This document shows positions 1-9,230 of a DNA stretch of 64,000 bases, one piece after another. Source of the stretch: an uncultured Planctomycetota bacterium (GTDB lineage: Bacteria; Planctomycetota; Planctomycetia; Pirellulales; Lacipirellulaceae); contig CAVRBU010000004.1 in the NCBI GenBank assembly GCA_963719315.1, positions 192,001-256,000 of the forward strand. Direction: 5' to 3'. Each line of letters begins with the position of its first letter. The first letter of the stretch is position 1. Made by a program: the position numbers and the translations under genes. Below the pieces are notes generated by a model. It worked only from the letters and a program-made list of their open reading frames with translations, made no database searches and was not told the DNA's origin.

Positions 1-458
1 TCGCCATCGAGAACTTCCAAGCGCGATACAAAGGTGGCCTGCGGCCAATCCATGAGGGCCGCCAAGAACTGTCCCGTCTGGTTCGCGTCATCATCGACGG
101 CCTGTTTGCCCATGAGTACGAGGTTCGGACTTTCGCGCTCGGCGACTGCCCGCAGCAGACGAGCCACGTTCCAGGGATCGAGCGCGTGGCTGCACTCGAC
201 GTGCAGGGCTCGCGTACACCCCATTGCGAGCGCGGCACGCAATTGCTGTTCATATCCATCGCTGCCGATGCCAACCGCAACTACCTCGACAGGTTCAGCG
301 CGTTGCTCGCCAATTCGAACGGCTTCTTCGACGGCGATCGCATCAAAGGGATTGATGATGTAGGGAATGTGCTCGATGACGACATGACTGCCGTCCGGCG
401 CGGCAACGATTTTTTGATCGGTGTCGGGAACGCGCTTCGTAGGAACTAATATCTTCAT
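1..458 (-). CDS. etfB: Electron transfer flavoprotein beta subunit (runs off the window start)
   Basis: Manual translation MKILVPTKRVPD...INPFDAIAVEEAVRI...LRAALAMG...LVLMGKQAVDDDANQTGQFLAALMDWPQATF; start codon overlaps the upstream stop (ATGA at 455-458). Not in the ORF track because its stop lies outside the window. Confidence 0.92.
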   Translation of the reverse strand, partial: MKILVPTKRVPDTDQKIVAAPDGSHVVIEHIPYIINPFDAIAVEEAVRIGEQRAEPVEVVAVGIGSDGYEQQLRAALAMGCTRALHVECSHALDPWNVARLLRAVAERESPNLVLMGKQAVDDDANQTGQFLAALMDWPQATFVSRLEVLDG

Positions 459-1729
459 GACGACAAGCGGGCACCGGCGACAGGTGTCGGCCGCTCCACT
501 TTGCCGTAGTAATTTCCGGCCATGGCTACGCACTGGGTCTCGATGTCGTCCCGCTCCGCAAAACCCGGCACGTCGTAATACCGATCGGCCTCGATCGATT
601 CGACATCATAGCTGCTTTTACCATCGAGGATCAGTTCCGACATGATGAGGCCAATGGCCGGGCTTTGCACGATGCCGTGACCGGAAAAGCCGGAGCAATG
701 GTAGAGACCCTCGATATCGGGCATTTGTCCGCAGAAGGGCCGAGCATCCGGTGTAAAGGTCATGATCCCGGTGGTAATTGTCATCGGCGTGCGCTCGTCG
801 ATCCACGGGAAACGCTGATGTGCCGCGTCGATGAGACGGGCCACTTGAATCGAATCGCGAGCCGCCTTCATTCGCGACATGTCGAAGTCGATAGGCAGCT
901 TCCGCATGTTGTAGAGGTCGGGCTCTGCATCGTAGATGCCGACGATCAGGCCGCCGCTTTCGGGCCGCGTGTATATCCGCAGCTCGCGATCTCGCACAGC
1001 CGGGCTGAGCCGATCAATGGGATGCGTTGATTCGGGACGAGTCGTTAGATAGTAGTGCCCGATGGCAGCCGTGGGGAGCACGGTATTGGCCAGTTCCGCA
1101 TTGAGGTAAGACCATGGTCCACCGGCGTTTACGATGACCGGAGCCTGGTATTCGCCTGATGCGGTTTTCACTCCACGAATCTGACCCGATTCGACCAGGA
1201 TTTTTGTTACTGGCGTATTGGTGACATATTGAACGCCGCGCTGCTTTCCGATCTTGATGTAGGCCGCCGCCAACTCTGCCGGTTGCAGGTGGCCGTCACT
1301 CGGTGTATAGCAAGCGTCGAGAAGATCGTCCGTCCGCATGTATGGCATGCGCCGCTCTACCTCGTCGATTGGCATGTGATCGATCTCGAAACCGATCGAC
1401 TTGCCCATCTCGACAAGTGAGGCGATTTCGGCTGCACGTTCGGGCGTTTCGGCAATCCGCAACGAGCCGGTTTGAATGAAGATCTCGACACCGGCAAGTT
1501 GCTCAAGTTCTTTGACGATCGCCACGCCTTCGATGAGCATCCGCGTATGCTCGGCGTTGCCGCGGAGTTGACCGAGCAGGCCGGCCGCCCGGCCGGTAGA
1601 TCCGTTTCCAAGCCGCTCGCGTTCCAGGACCAGGACTTTGGCGCCGTGTCCAGCGAGCTGCATGGCCGTGCTCAGCCCGGCTACACCGCCGCCGATGATG
1701 ATTGCGTCTGTCGTACGAGTTTCGGGCAT
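455..1729 (-). CDS. FAD-dependent oxidoreductase, DAO family (dimethylglycine/sarcosine dehydrogenase flavin domain only)
   Basis: GGGVAG dinucleotide fold, STGRAAGL, GSLRIA, DGHLQP, TFTPD, GFSGHG; about 424 aa with no C-terminal GCV-T folate domain. Confidence 0.85.
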   Translation of the reverse strand: MPETRTTDAIIIGGGVAGLSTAMQLAGHGAKVLVLERERLGNGSTGRAAGLLGQLRGNAEHTRMLIEGVAIVKELEQLAGVEIFIQTGSLRIAETPERAAEIASLVEMGKSIGFEIDHMPIDEVERRMPYMRTDDLLDACYTPSDGHLQPAELAAAYIKIGKQRGVQYVTNTPVTKILVESGQIRGVKTASGEYQAPVIVNAGGPWSYLNAELANTVLPTAAIGHYYLTTRPESTHPIDRLSPAVRDRELRIYTRPESGGLIVGIYDAEPDLYNMRKLPIDFDMSRMKAARDSIQVARLIDAAHQRFPWIDERTPMTITTGIMTFTPDARPFCGQMPDIEGLYHCSGFSGHGIVQSPAIGLIMSELILDGKSSYDVESIEADRYYDVPGFAERDDIETQCVAMAGNYYGKVERPTPVAGARLSS

Positions 1730-1823
1730 GATTATCACTTTACGCCGACTATACGATCGATCCCAGGGCCGGGGCGCAAATCAACCGGCAATTTGCGCGT
1801 GACCCGCTGTTCGGCGATACTTA

Positions 1824-2743
1824 GGACCTATCCCAAAATTCCACATCGCCTTAAGGCGATGAGGGCGAATTGTAGATGAACGAACCCAAGATAGTTAGCC
1901 GCCTTCTTTTCCCAACGGATCAGGAGCCTGCGGGCGCGGTTGGTCCAAGAATGCGCGGCTTCGACAACCCAGCGTCGAGCTTTGTGGCCGGCGCGACAGC
2001 GACGCTGCTCCTCGCCACGGCAGCGGATGTGAGGCACGTACCCGAAACGATTCGCCGTAGCTGTCGACGGTTCGCCAAAGTATCCCTTGTCGAGACACAG
2101 GTGCTGCTTGCGCCGACGGCTGGGTCGTCGAATCGGGATGGAGCGAAGCGTGTCGCGCAGAAGACGTTGGTCGTGAGCATTGGCGCCGTCAATCGCGACG
2201 CCCAGAGGAACGCCGCGGGCGTCGGTCAAGACCGATCGCTTGACTCCGAGCTTACCTCGATCGGTGGGGTTTTTCCCGGTTTTTTTCCCCTCCCAGCGGC
2301 GACTTAGTTGTCGCGCCGTCCACCGACTGCCAGCGCCAAGCGATGCCGCGCTTCTGATCGTACTTCCCCAGCGCCCGTTTCCAAAACCGTTGCCAAATAC
2401 CCAGGCGAGTCCACTCTTGGAAATAGCGATGAACGGTACTGGGGCTGCCAAATTGTGGCGGCAGCGCCTTCCACTGGCAGCCGGTGCGCAACAGATAAAG
2501 AATGCCGCTGGCAACGGCGCGCAGATTCGCGCGGGGTCGCCCAACCTTCGTGGATCGCGGATACTTCGGCAGCAAGGGTTCAAGCTGCCGCCAAAGCTTT
2601 TCGGGCATCCAAGCAAATTTGCCCTGCCAATCGCAGTGCATGTACACCTCCGTGCAAGCAAAGACGAGATTCGAACGGAAACCATTCCTCACCTTTTCCT
2701 ACGCACGGAAATAACACCCGTTCACGTATTTTGGGATAGGTCC
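1824..2743 (-). mobile_element. Complete IS5-family insertion sequence (920 bp)
   Basis: Perfect 16-bp terminal inverted repeats GGACCTATCCCAAAAT (1824-1839) / ATTTTGGGATAGGTCC (2728-2743), flanked by a TTA direct repeat (1821-1823, 2744-2746). Confidence 0.95.
1828..2641 (-). CDS. IS5-family transposase, two overlapping ORFs joined by a probable programmed -1 frameshift
   Basis: OrfA has GILYLLRTGCQWKALP...STVHRYFQEW; OrfB has DKGY and RWVVE...RRLLIRWEK; slippery GGGGAAAAAAAC (A7 at 2280-2286, minus strand). Confidence 0.92.
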
Positions 2744-2753
2744 TTAGCGCAGG

Positions 2754-3296
2754 TTACAACTTTCCTTCCAATCCCTTCTGGTGGTAACTGTGAACAATTT
2801 TTTCTTGGTTCTCCAGCAGCCATTCGATGGTTGGTTCGCCCGTCATCGCTTTCTTGATCGCAGCGTGCATGCTCTTGCGGTGCGTCGCGAACAGGTCGTC
2901 GAAGTCAAGATCGGTGGCCTCGACAACCTCCGGGTAAAGCCACACGGCGACGATAATGGCAATTTGGTCGACCTCGCTGCGGGGAATTGTGCCGTCACGG
3001 ACCGCGTCCAACACTCCATTGGCGATGCCGGCCTGCACCGAGCCCATCAAGATGTTCGTGTATTTGTTTTTCTTGACCGTAACCTTGCTGACCATCAGCG
3101 TAGCTGGTTTTACGGCCACATCGCCGTTCAGGAGGGCCAACACTCGGGTGTGTCCCTCGACCTGACCTCCCAACAAGGTAGCGAAGGCGGTACCGACCGG
3201 CCCGTTCAGATCGCCAATGATCAACTCCGGCTCGGCGGCGGCGAGCCGATGTCGTTCGCCTCGAACCAGAGCTTCCCCAATCCGTGGATACTTCAT
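2754..3296 (-). CDS. fae: Formaldehyde-activating enzyme homologue, non-canonical Fae2/Fae3-like clade
   Basis: IGEALV, GPVGTAFA, GHTRV, VKPATLMVSKVTVK, VQAGIANGVLDAV, KAMTGEPTIEWLLENQ; has AAEPELIIG where canonical Fae has VAHIDLIIG. Confidence 0.88.
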   Translation of the reverse strand: MKYPRIGEALVRGERHRLAAAEPELIIGDLNGPVGTAFATLLGGQVEGHTRVLALLNGDVAVKPATLMVSKVTVKKNKYTNILMGSVQAGIANGVLDAVRDGTIPRSEVDQIAIIVAVWLYPEVVEATDLDFDDLFATHRKSMHAAIKKAMTGEPTIEWLLENQEKIVHSYHQKGLEGKL

Positions 3297-3532
3297 CGTT
3301 GTCCTTTCCCGTTAAGAACTGATGTAGAGAACTCACTGCGATCCATTGTAAATCGCGATGCGGGGCCCAACAGGGAAAAAACGCGCATCTTGGTTGACGA
3401 TTTGGATCAGCAGTTCTCGCGGGAGCAGCTTTGCTTTATGATCGGAAATGCCAGTAGGTGTGTTTTCATGGCACGCAGTTGTGCGACAGGCCATATTCGC
3501 GGTTCCAGTCCTTTCTTGAGGAGTAAGCAGAT

Positions 3533-4921
3533 TTGAATCCGCGATACGAACGCTGGCGCTGGCAAACATTCGGGATAACGTGGCTGATCTACGCCAGTTT
3601 TTATCTCACGCGGCAATCGTTCTCAGTCGCCAAGGTGGCGCTGCCTTATGATCTGGGCGTGTCGCTTAGTCGAAGTAATCTCGGCGATATCGATTCCATC
3701 TTTCTGACCGTTTACATGTTGGGCCAGTTTCTGTTTGGCCCACTTGGCGATCGCTTCGGGCCCCGACGGATTCTTCTATTCGGCATGGGGTTGAGTGTGG
3801 CCTCGGCTGTCGGGTTTGGACTGTCTTCGACATTCGCGATGTTCGTATTGTTTGCCGTGCTCCAAGGCATCGCACAATCCACAGGGTGGAGCAATACGAC
3901 CAAAACCATGAGCGCGTGGTTTTCGATAAATGAGCGGGGCCGTGTTATCGGATGGTGGTGTACCCACTACACGGTGGGCGCGGCGGTCGCGTTGCCATTC
4001 GCCGGCTGGCTGATGGATTACTACGCCCGAGCGCCATTCACATCGTTCGCACTGCCGCCCTCGTTGTTGGCGGGACCGGTCCTGGCGTACATTCCGACTG
4101 CCGTTTGGGGGCCCATGTTGTTCCTCGGAGCAGACGCGCCTTTTTGGCGGGCGGCCTTTTGGGGGCCTGCCGGCGCGGTCGCGGGCGTCGCGCTGCTTGC
4201 CTGGCTGTTACTTCGGAATCGACCTGAAGATGTCGGCCTTCAGCCGATTGAGGAATATCACGGCGATTCAAAACCGCTAACAACAGAAGATGAAGCGATC
4301 GTCAAAACCCCGGAGGGCTCCTGGCAACTCATCGCCGCAGTACTCGCCACGCCGCGGATTTGGACACTCGCGTTGGCTTATTTTTCTGTCAAATTAGTCC
4401 GCTATTCTTTCATGTTTTGGGGCCCGAAATATGTCGCCGAAACTCTTAACAGCGGTCCATTAGCCAGCTCGGTAGTCGCCATGGCGATGCCGGTCGGCGG
4501 ATTGGTCGGCGTAATAGCTGCCGGGTATATCAGCGACAAGTTGTTCCAAGCTCGCCGGGCCCCCGTGGCAGTTCTTTCTTTGTTGGCCTGCGCGGTACTG
4601 ATGCTCGCCGGAATAATTCAAGTTCACAATCCCTGGATCATGGCGACATTTTTCTTTCTCGTCGGAGCGTTTCTGTTCGGTCCCGACTCCATTATATCAG
4701 CCACCGCGTCCATCGATTTCGGCACGAAGCGCGGCGCGGGCACCGCGGTTGGTTTCGTAAATGGAATCGGCTCGATCGGCGGAGTTCTGGGCGGCTGGCT
4801 TCCAGGTCGAATTACTACCGGCGCCAATTGGACGCCCCTATTCGAAGTAATGCTTATTGGTTTAGTACTGTCTTCAATCGTGCTGCTCCCGCTATGGCGC
4901 GTCAAACCGTCGATTGATTGA
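3533..4921 (+). CDS. MFS transporter, organophosphate:Pi antiporter (GlpT/UhpT/PgtP-like) family
   Basis: YASFYLTRQSFS, GPLGDRFGPR, QSTGW...WFSINERG...WWCTHY, AGYISDKLF, FGPDS, GTAVGFVNGIG; many TM segments. Confidence 0.85.
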   Translation: MNPRYERWRWQTFGITWLIYASFYLTRQSFSVAKVALPYDLGVSLSRSNLGDIDSIFLTVYMLGQFLFGPLGDRFGPRRILLFGMGLSVASAVGFGLSSTFAMFVLFAVLQGIAQSTGWSNTTKTMSAWFSINERGRVIGWWCTHYTVGAAVALPFAGWLMDYYARAPFTSFALPPSLLAGPVLAYIPTAVWGPMLFLGADAPFWRAAFWGPAGAVAGVALLAWLLLRNRPEDVGLQPIEEYHGDSKPLTTEDEAIVKTPEGSWQLIAAVLATPRIWTLALAYFSVKLVRYSFMFWGPKYVAETLNSGPLASSVVAMAMPVGGLVGVIAAGYISDKLFQARRAPVAVLSLLACAVLMLAGIIQVHNPWIMATFFFLVGAFLFGPDSIISATASIDFGTKRGAGTAVGFVNGIGSIGGVLGGWLPGRITTGANWTPLFEVMLIGLVLSSIVLLPLWRVKPSID

Positions 4922-4949
4922 TGGGCGTACCACGAGATATTCAACAGTC

Positions 4950-6356
4950 ATGCCCCAATTTCGCTCAACGGTTGCGAAGAAGTCCTATGACTTCGAGAGC
5001 GTAAGGATGCTGCTGGCGAAAGCATCGCCGGGGCGGAGTGGCGACGCGCTGGCAGGCATCGCAGCTGCGGACGATCAAGAGCGAGTGGCCGCTCAAATAG
5101 CGCTCGCTGACGTGCCGCTCAGTTTGTTTCTTCAAGGTCCCATCATTCCGTACGAGGACGATGAGGTAACCAGACTCATCGTGGACGGACACGATCCGGT
5201 GGCCTTTGCGCCGGTATCGGAGCTGACGGTCGGCGAATTTCGCGATTGGCTGTTGCGCTACGAGACGACCGCTGAAGTTCTGAGCGGATTAGCGCCCGGA
5301 TTGATGCCGGAGATGGTTGCCGCCGCGAGCAAGTTGATGCGGAACCAGGATCTGATTCTGGTGGCGAGCAAGTGCCGCGTTGTGACCCGGTTTCGCAACA
5401 CGATCGGGCATCCCGGCCGGCTGTCGGTTCGTCTCCAGCCGAATCATCCCACCGACGATTTAGTCGGCATAGGCGCATCGATTTTGGACGGACTTTTGTA
5501 CGGCTGTGGCGATGCCGTGATCGGGATCAATCCGGCCACCGATTCCACGCAGGCGGTGATTCGGTTGCTGAAGATGTTGGACGATTTAATCCAGCGATAC
5601 CAAATTCCGACCCAAGGGTGTGTGCTTGCGCACGTGACGACGCAGCTTGCGGCGATGGAGCAAGGCGCGCCGATCGATCTTGTGTTTCAATCAATCGCCG
5701 GCACGGAGGCGGCGAACACCAGTTTTGGTATCAACCTGAAACTATTGGATGAGGCTCAGCACGCGGCCAAATCCTTGGCCCGCGGCACGGTGGGCGACAA
5801 CGTCATGTATTTCGAGACTGGACAGGGTTCGTGCCTCTCAGCCGGCGCCCATCATGGCGTCGATCAGCAGACGCTTGAAGCCCGAGCGTACGCTGTGGCC
5901 CGCCGTTTCGAGCCGCTGTTAGTGAACACGGTTGTGGGCTTTATCGGTCCCGAATACTTATACGATGGCAAGCAGATTATCCGCGCCGGCTTGGAGGACC
6001 ATTTCTGTGGCAAGTTGTTAGGATTGCCGATGGGTTGCGATGTGTGCTACACGAATCATGCGGAAGCCGACCAAGACGACATGGACAATCTGCTTACGCT
6101 GTTGGCAGTGGCGGGTTGTAATTACTTCATGGGCGTGCCGGGAGCGGACGACATCATGCTCAATTATCAGTCCACGTCGTTTCACGATAGCCAATACTTA
6201 CGGCAGGTTCTCGGCCTGCGTCCAGCTCCAGAATTCGAGCAGTGGCTCGACGCAATGCATATAGCCCGCGAAGGTACGCGGTTGCTGCCAATTAACCCGC
6301 AACACCGTTTGATCGGCACGATCGATTCGTCGGCTCGGGAGTCAAGTGAGAAGTAG
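4950..6356 (+). CDS. eutB: Ethanolamine ammonia-lyase large subunit
   Basis: RSGDALAG, RLQPNHPTDD, GDAVIGINPATD, MYFETGQGS, NTVVGFIGPEYLY, DVCYTNH, MLNYQSTSFHD. Confidence 0.97.
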   Translation: MPQFRSTVAKKSYDFESVRMLLAKASPGRSGDALAGIAAADDQERVAAQIALADVPLSLFLQGPIIPYEDDEVTRLIVDGHDPVAFAPVSELTVGEFRDWLLRYETTAEVLSGLAPGLMPEMVAAASKLMRNQDLILVASKCRVVTRFRNTIGHPGRLSVRLQPNHPTDDLVGIGASILDGLLYGCGDAVIGINPATDSTQAVIRLLKMLDDLIQRYQIPTQGCVLAHVTTQLAAMEQGAPIDLVFQSIAGTEAANTSFGINLKLLDEAQHAAKSLARGTVGDNVMYFETGQGSCLSAGAHHGVDQQTLEARAYAVARRFEPLLVNTVVGFIGPEYLYDGKQIIRAGLEDHFCGKLLGLPMGCDVCYTNHAEADQDDMDNLLTLLAVAGCNYFMGVPGADDIMLNYQSTSFHDSQYLRQVLGLRPAPEFEQWLDAMHIAREGTRLLPINPQHRLIGTIDSSARESSEK

Positions 6357-6361
6357 CCAGC

Positions 6362-7186
6362 ATGGGAAAGTTGAAAGCCGTTACGCCTGATCCGTGGCAA
6401 TCGCTGCGCAGCACTACGTCGGCTCGCATCGCATTGGGGCGTGCCGGTGGGAGTCTGCCCACACACGAATGGCTGGATTTCAAGTCGGCCCATGCGGCGG
6501 CCCGTGAAGCCGTTCATTGCGTTTTCGATGCCGAAGGGCTCGCTGCCGAGATTGCCACGCTCGGCGTCGAGGTATTGGTCGTCGATAGCGCGGCGCCCGA
6601 TAAGTCTACGTTTCTTCAGCGCCCGGACTTAGGACGTCGGCTGGACGAACGGTCGCGATATGCGTTGCAGGAACGCCAGTCGGGCGCAACGATCGATTTG
6701 GCAATTACCGTTAGCGATGGACTTTCCGCACTCGCCGTCCACCGACACGCGCGGCCCGTTTTAGAGAAACTGCTGCCGAAACTGGGAGACGACGGTTGGC
6801 AGCTCGCACCGATCGTCGTCGCGCGCTTTGGTCGCGTGGCACTCGAAGACGAAGTTGGACAACTCATGGGGGCGGATTTGGCTTTTACGATGATCGGCGA
6901 AAGGCCGGGTTTGGGCTCGCCGGATAGCTTGGGCGCGTATCTCGTCTTTGCGCCGCGGCCGGGGAACACGGATGCCAACCGCAATTGCATTTCGAACATT
7001 CGGCCCGAAGGTCTGTCGTACGATACAGCGGCCGGCACGATCTATTATCTGCTGAGTGAAGCCCGTCGCCGTAGGTTAAGTGGCGTGCAACTAAAGGATC
7101 AACGAGCATTAACTCAAGACGACGCGAAATCATCAGTGCTGCTCGCTGAAAGCGTCGAGCGCGACGGGGGCCACCCCGCGTCTTAG
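6362..7186 (+). CDS. eutC: Ethanolamine ammonia-lyase small subunit
   Basis: TSARIALGRAG, FLQRPDLGRRL, DGLSALAV, IGERPGLGSPDSLGAY, DANRNCISNI. Confidence 0.97.
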   Translation: MGKLKAVTPDPWQSLRSTTSARIALGRAGGSLPTHEWLDFKSAHAAAREAVHCVFDAEGLAAEIATLGVEVLVVDSAAPDKSTFLQRPDLGRRLDERSRYALQERQSGATIDLAITVSDGLSALAVHRHARPVLEKLLPKLGDDGWQLAPIVVARFGRVALEDEVGQLMGADLAFTMIGERPGLGSPDSLGAYLVFAPRPGNTDANRNCISNIRPEGLSYDTAAGTIYYLLSEARRRRLSGVQLKDQRALTQDDAKSSVLLAESVERDGGHPAS

Positions 7187-8979
7187 CTTCGCCTTGCCCG
7201 GCCAACCCGGAGTGCGAGCGAGAAATAGCCGAAAATCGCGAGAAAATTCGATGAAGGTTCTGGCACTTGCGCGAGCATAGCCGCAAAAGAACCGTCGCCG
7301 TTGGCCGCCTCGAACGCCGACTTGAACAGCACGAAGTCGGCATGATCGTTGTGGAAATCGCCGTTCAAGTCGCCCAGCTCAAGCGCTTGTCCGCGCGTCA
7401 GACCGGTCATCTCAACGAGTTATCCGCTCCGAAAGAGATTCCAGTCGGTCGCATCGATGTTCGCATCGAAATTGAGGTCGCCCGTCAATCCGATCATGAG
7501 CGAGATATTGTCGACGTAGCCGTCATTTTCGCCCGTCGCGCGCGTTGCAGTCAACTCGATCTTGATGGAGCGCGTCAAAGTTGGCAGGTCACCAAACTCC
7601 TCGCGAAGCAAAAATCCAGTGGCATTGCCGCGGTTGGCCGCCGTGACGGCCGCCAATTGAGCTGAGCCGATATCGGCATTTGCACCATTCAGGAAATGCG
7701 CGATGACGGTGGCGTTGTCCTCCTGCGAAAGGTAGCCGCCCAACCAGGCCGAGAGAACGAAATCTACATTGGTACTATCGATCTGAGTCGCCAAATTGCT
7801 GACATCGATCTGCTGGGTCATGGTGCTAACGGCATTGAGGCCGCCGGAAAAGAAGTTGTTTCCTCGATTTGCGGGGCCAGGATCCTGGGGTGTCGGAAAG
7901 CCATTGCCGGCCTGGTAATTGACGAGAGTGATGCCGCCCGGTCCGGGATCGTCCCAACCGGCCGCGTACTGTTGCGTGGAATTGCTTTTGAAGCCGCGGT
8001 TGTACTCCGCGTCTCCGTTGAAAATGAGGTTTCGACCGAACGTGGCCAGAGCTGGGCCTGCCGGTGAAAGGCCGACTGGGTGGCCATCGTAATTGGCTGG
8101 GATGGGCGCGCCGAAGTAGGAGAGCACAGTTGCCGCAACATCGACTTGGCGTGGATTCGCTTGTGGCAGGACCGTCGTCGCGAGGGGGCCGGCCACGATA
8201 AATGGGATGGTCCGCTGTTCCGGCAAACCGCCCGAATGACCGGTGCCTAATCCGCCGTGATCGCTCGTCAGAACGACCAGCCAGTCTTCGCTGGCGAATG
8301 TGGGCCGAGCTTTGATCGCCGTCATGATTTGACCAATTTGGCCGTCGGCCTTTTCGATTGCCGCGATGTAACAAGGCGCCGTGGGACTGAAACCGCAACT
8401 GTGCCCAGCCACATCCGTATCGGAATAGAATGTCATTACGACATCGGTGGCCGGGTCTTGCATCAGTTGGACGACCCGATTGGTCATCAGTTGATCGCCG
8501 TTCTGGTTGTATTCATAGTTGTCGACGGTGTCTGCCCCGGACGGAAAGCTGCTGCTAGCGATGCCCCAGGTGAGGACTCGATGGGTGTTCAGACTGGGGT
8601 TGAAGGCCTCGAGCGGCGTGAACCAGTCGGTCGTGCCGGGCACGACGTTTTCAAACCCGTTGGTGTCGGCGCCGTGCCGATCGACGTGCAGGCCGGTCAT
8701 GTAAGCGCCCCAACCGGGGCCGCTAAAGGTGAGATGCTCCGCTTGCGCATTCATGGAGAAAATGCCGGAAGGGCCGCCTGTGCCGAAAAATGTGCCGTCC
8801 GTCAGCGAGTCGATGTTGGGAGCGTTGGCGGCCACTAGAGCGTCGGGCCGCAATCCGTCCAACGCGATCGTAAGAACTTTGCGCTCTCCCGCCTGGAGCG
8901 TGGCATTCAGAACGAAGATCGTCGCCAATACAACCAGCTGCACCATGGACCGAAAGCGATCGTGATCCTTATACAACAT
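7183..8979 (-). CDS. Secreted alkaline-phosphatase-superfamily (nucleotide pyrophosphatase/phosphodiesterase-like) protein with a probable carbohydrate-binding-like domain, dockerin-like repeats and a PEP-CTERM tail; interrupted by an in-frame TAA at 7420-7422
   Basis: Signal peptide, LDGLRPD, TFSGPGW, DTDVAGH, TSDHGG; ORF 7183-7410 (GDLNGD...VPEPSS + TM + basic tail) continues in the same frame after the stop. Confidence 0.85.
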
Positions 8980-9078
8980 TGTTCTTGTTTACCAAAGCAA
9001 ATCAGAGGAGCGCCAGCGTTGGAGTATCGATCGATGCCGACAGTCCGATCCTAGCGTTGATAAAAACCAGCGTCAACA

Positions 9079-9101
9079 AAAAGCGCTGGACAAGCGCTTT
9101 T
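9079..9101. promoter_or_regulatory. Inverted repeat AAAAGCGCT-N5-AGCGCTTTT in a divergent promoter region, possible transcription-factor operator
   Basis: Perfect 9-bp arms in an AT-richer spacer between the phosphatase and the Rieske gene; another AGCGCT core near 9136. Confidence 0.4.
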
Positions 9102-9230
9102 GCACAAAAGCATTGCGCAAAATCAGGGTGATTCGAGCGCTGTTTTGGATCACAATAACTACTGCCACAACTGTGGCTCGGCTTTGCGCGAATACATACG
9201 GCAGAAAAATTGTCCTACAGGCCGAATGCC

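Noticed and set aside
200..230. Possible frameshift in etfB
   Set aside because: Recounting shows the frame is continuous (LAMGCTRALHV).
3365..3400. Cobalamin riboswitch upstream of the MFS-eutBC unit (AACAGGGAA)
   Set aside because: The other conserved riboswitch elements do not follow the motif.
3469..3485. Sigma-54 promoter TGGCACGCAGTTGTGC upstream of the MFS
   Set aside because: GG-to-GC spacing is 11 rather than the required 10; an assembly indel cannot be excluded.
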